From assembly GCF_030144855.1 (NCBI RefSeq), contig NC_082738.1:41850001-41914000 (forward strand): a stretch of 64,000 nucleotides of DNA, written 5' to 3'. The position numbers were made by a program, and so were the translations under genes. This DNA is from Hypanus sabinus. Its lineage: Eukaryota. A model generated the notes under the pieces. It searched no databases, had not been told where the DNA came from, and saw nothing but the letters and a program-made list of their open reading frames with translations. The first letter of the stretch is position 1, and each line of letters starts with the position of its first letter. This document shows positions 62,126-64,000 of the stretch, one piece after another.

Positions 62126-63107
62126 CAAGTTGGCTAACCCTTGACTTTGTTAAATGAGAGAAAGGAATTCAGCCCCAGTAGCCAATCAGTCCTGAATCCT
62201 AGGCTGCTCATATTTGAGCAAGGAACGGAGTCAGTTGCTGGATCGCAAATTTCTTCCTGTGTGGAGTAGTCAATGTACGATAACACCTTCGTCACCTAGA
62301 TAGGAAAGCTCCAACATTAAAAAAAAAGTTTGTCATGGTCTGGGTTCTGTCTGGCATATGGTTACCATGGTCTGGGTCAGGTCCCGCATGGAGCACCAGA
62401 AAATTTAGTAAGTTTAGAATTTTGAAATGTGTGTGTGCATGCATGAATGGTAGTGTGAAAGTCCCTTGTCCTGGACTTCTGAAATTCTCCAGTAGCATGC
62501 ATGCTTGTACCAGAAAGCATTAAGCGTTTGAGAAGTATATTGTATGGGTGGAAGGGACTAAGTGAGTGTGTGCAGACGTTGTTAGAGAAAGGAAAATGTC
62601 AGGAGCCTGTGATTGTTCACTAGAGATGGGAAATGCAAAAGCAGTCAAACGAATCCTGTAAAATGCAGGGCAAGTGAGCAAAAGTTAAAGGAGAAGACAC
62701 AGAAAGAACTGACAAAGGATAATGCAGTCTATCTCAGAGTTTGAAAGGAAACAACTGGCACCAGAGTCTGATGATGAACCAGATGCTGTACCCCTGCCTT
62801 CCCAAGGCACGGTTTCAACAAGGCCCATACCTCTTGAATCTCAGTGTCAGCCGATGCCCTGCCACAGACGTATGCTCCCAATTGCACTACAGGAGATGGG
62901 AGACAGGGTGGATGAGTGAAATATTGATTTAAATATACCTTGAACTGATCTAGTAGGAGCTCTTAAGAAAATGTTTCCCTCGCACTGCAGATTGGCATAG
63001 AATGCAGTGTTGGACAGGAGACTGATGTTAACGAATATGTAGAACGCATGTGTAAATGTTTTCAAAAGTATTCTGAATTGCCTCTAGAAGCAGGGACGCA
63101 CATCTTA

Positions 63108-64000
63108 GGCTGCATCCACACTACGCCGGATAAATCCGTAACTGAAGCTTTTTCTCTTTGTTTTGACCCTCCGTCCACACTAAAACAGTGTTTTCGACCC
63201 CTGAAACCGGAGCTTTTCAGAAATGCTCTCCAAAGTGTGTATTTTTGAAAACACCAATTCAGCAGATCAGTGTGGACGGGGTAACCGGAGAAATCTGAAA
63301 AACGCTGTCAGATGGCAGTGCGCCATTTCATTGTTTTCTTGAAAGCAACCTAACAATTTCAGAACAGATGACAACGAGATTGAAGCCAGAAGAGTTAGAA
63401 ATGTACTCACCAAATACATTGACCCATAACTCTCTGAATAAATAAGTATATTCACTTTGCCCTGTTTTCTGTCCTTGCTCGTATGAAGGTGGTTTACCTA
63501 TTTATGCAAGTACTTCTCTGACAATAGATGTGTAACAGCCTAATGTAACATTGTCTGGAAAATACAAGATAACACTGATACAGACATGTTTTATACATTT
63601 AACAAGGGGTTTTAATAATGCAACAGAGTTAGTCAGTTTTTCAATGTTTGTTGTCAGCCGGGCCAATCTGTCTGTGAACTCCCTGTCGGTGGCCTCCACA
63701 TGCTCCAGTATTTGTTTTTTTTTAACTTTTAAGTTCTCCTGCATGAGAGCCAGCAGCTGTCCGTCATTTAAAGTTTTTCTAGACTGTATCTGAACAAACG
63801 CGCACTTTCACAGTGAAATTCGACACCAAACATGTCGCTTGTTTTCGGTAGATGTGTCCTACGCATGCGCAGTGGGAGGAGATTCGCCGAAATCTCCGTT
63901 TCAATGTGGATAGAGATACTTTTTAAAACACATAGTGTGGATGCCTATCGTTTTTACACGAAACCAGCATTTTCAAAATTATCCAGTCTAATGTGGATGT
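63108..64000 (-). mobile_element. PIF/Harbinger non-autonomous element
   Basis: TTA|GGCTGCATCCACACT left TIR; matching ...ATCCAGTCTAATGTGGATG at the window end; coiled-coil remnant ORF 63502-63744. Confidence 0.65.

Overview
Vertebrate genomic DNA, most likely from a cartilaginous fish (inferred from the CR1/V-SINE/Penelope-rich repeat content and the gene sequences). Host genes: (i) the first five coding exons of KAT2A/GCN5 on the minus strand, with the rest of the gene left of the window; (ii) a complete three-exon RPL41 (eL41/eS32) gene, 25 aa, too short for the ORF track, lying head-to-head with KAT2A across a ~430-bp ZNF143/NRF1-type promoter; (iii) three intronless HSP30/HSPB9-like small heat-shock genes (+,-,+) with signs of gene conversion. 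Between RPL41 and the HSP cluster is a 17.3-kb nested retroviral block (26560-43840). The outer element is an epsilon-like ERV whose Pol carries a 2H-phosphoesterase-like domain between protease and RT. A younger HERV-I/ERV3-like provirus has integrated into its primer-binding site, and two tandem hAT elements, one carrying two solo LTRs, interrupt its RT. The remainder is transposon debris: hAT, Chapaev3, BEL/Pao, CR1, Rex1, RTE, I/Nimb, Penelope, Tc1 (including a Sleeping Beauty-like end), Tigger and Harbinger. All family assignments are from recalled motifs and by-eye comparison; no database searches were run.
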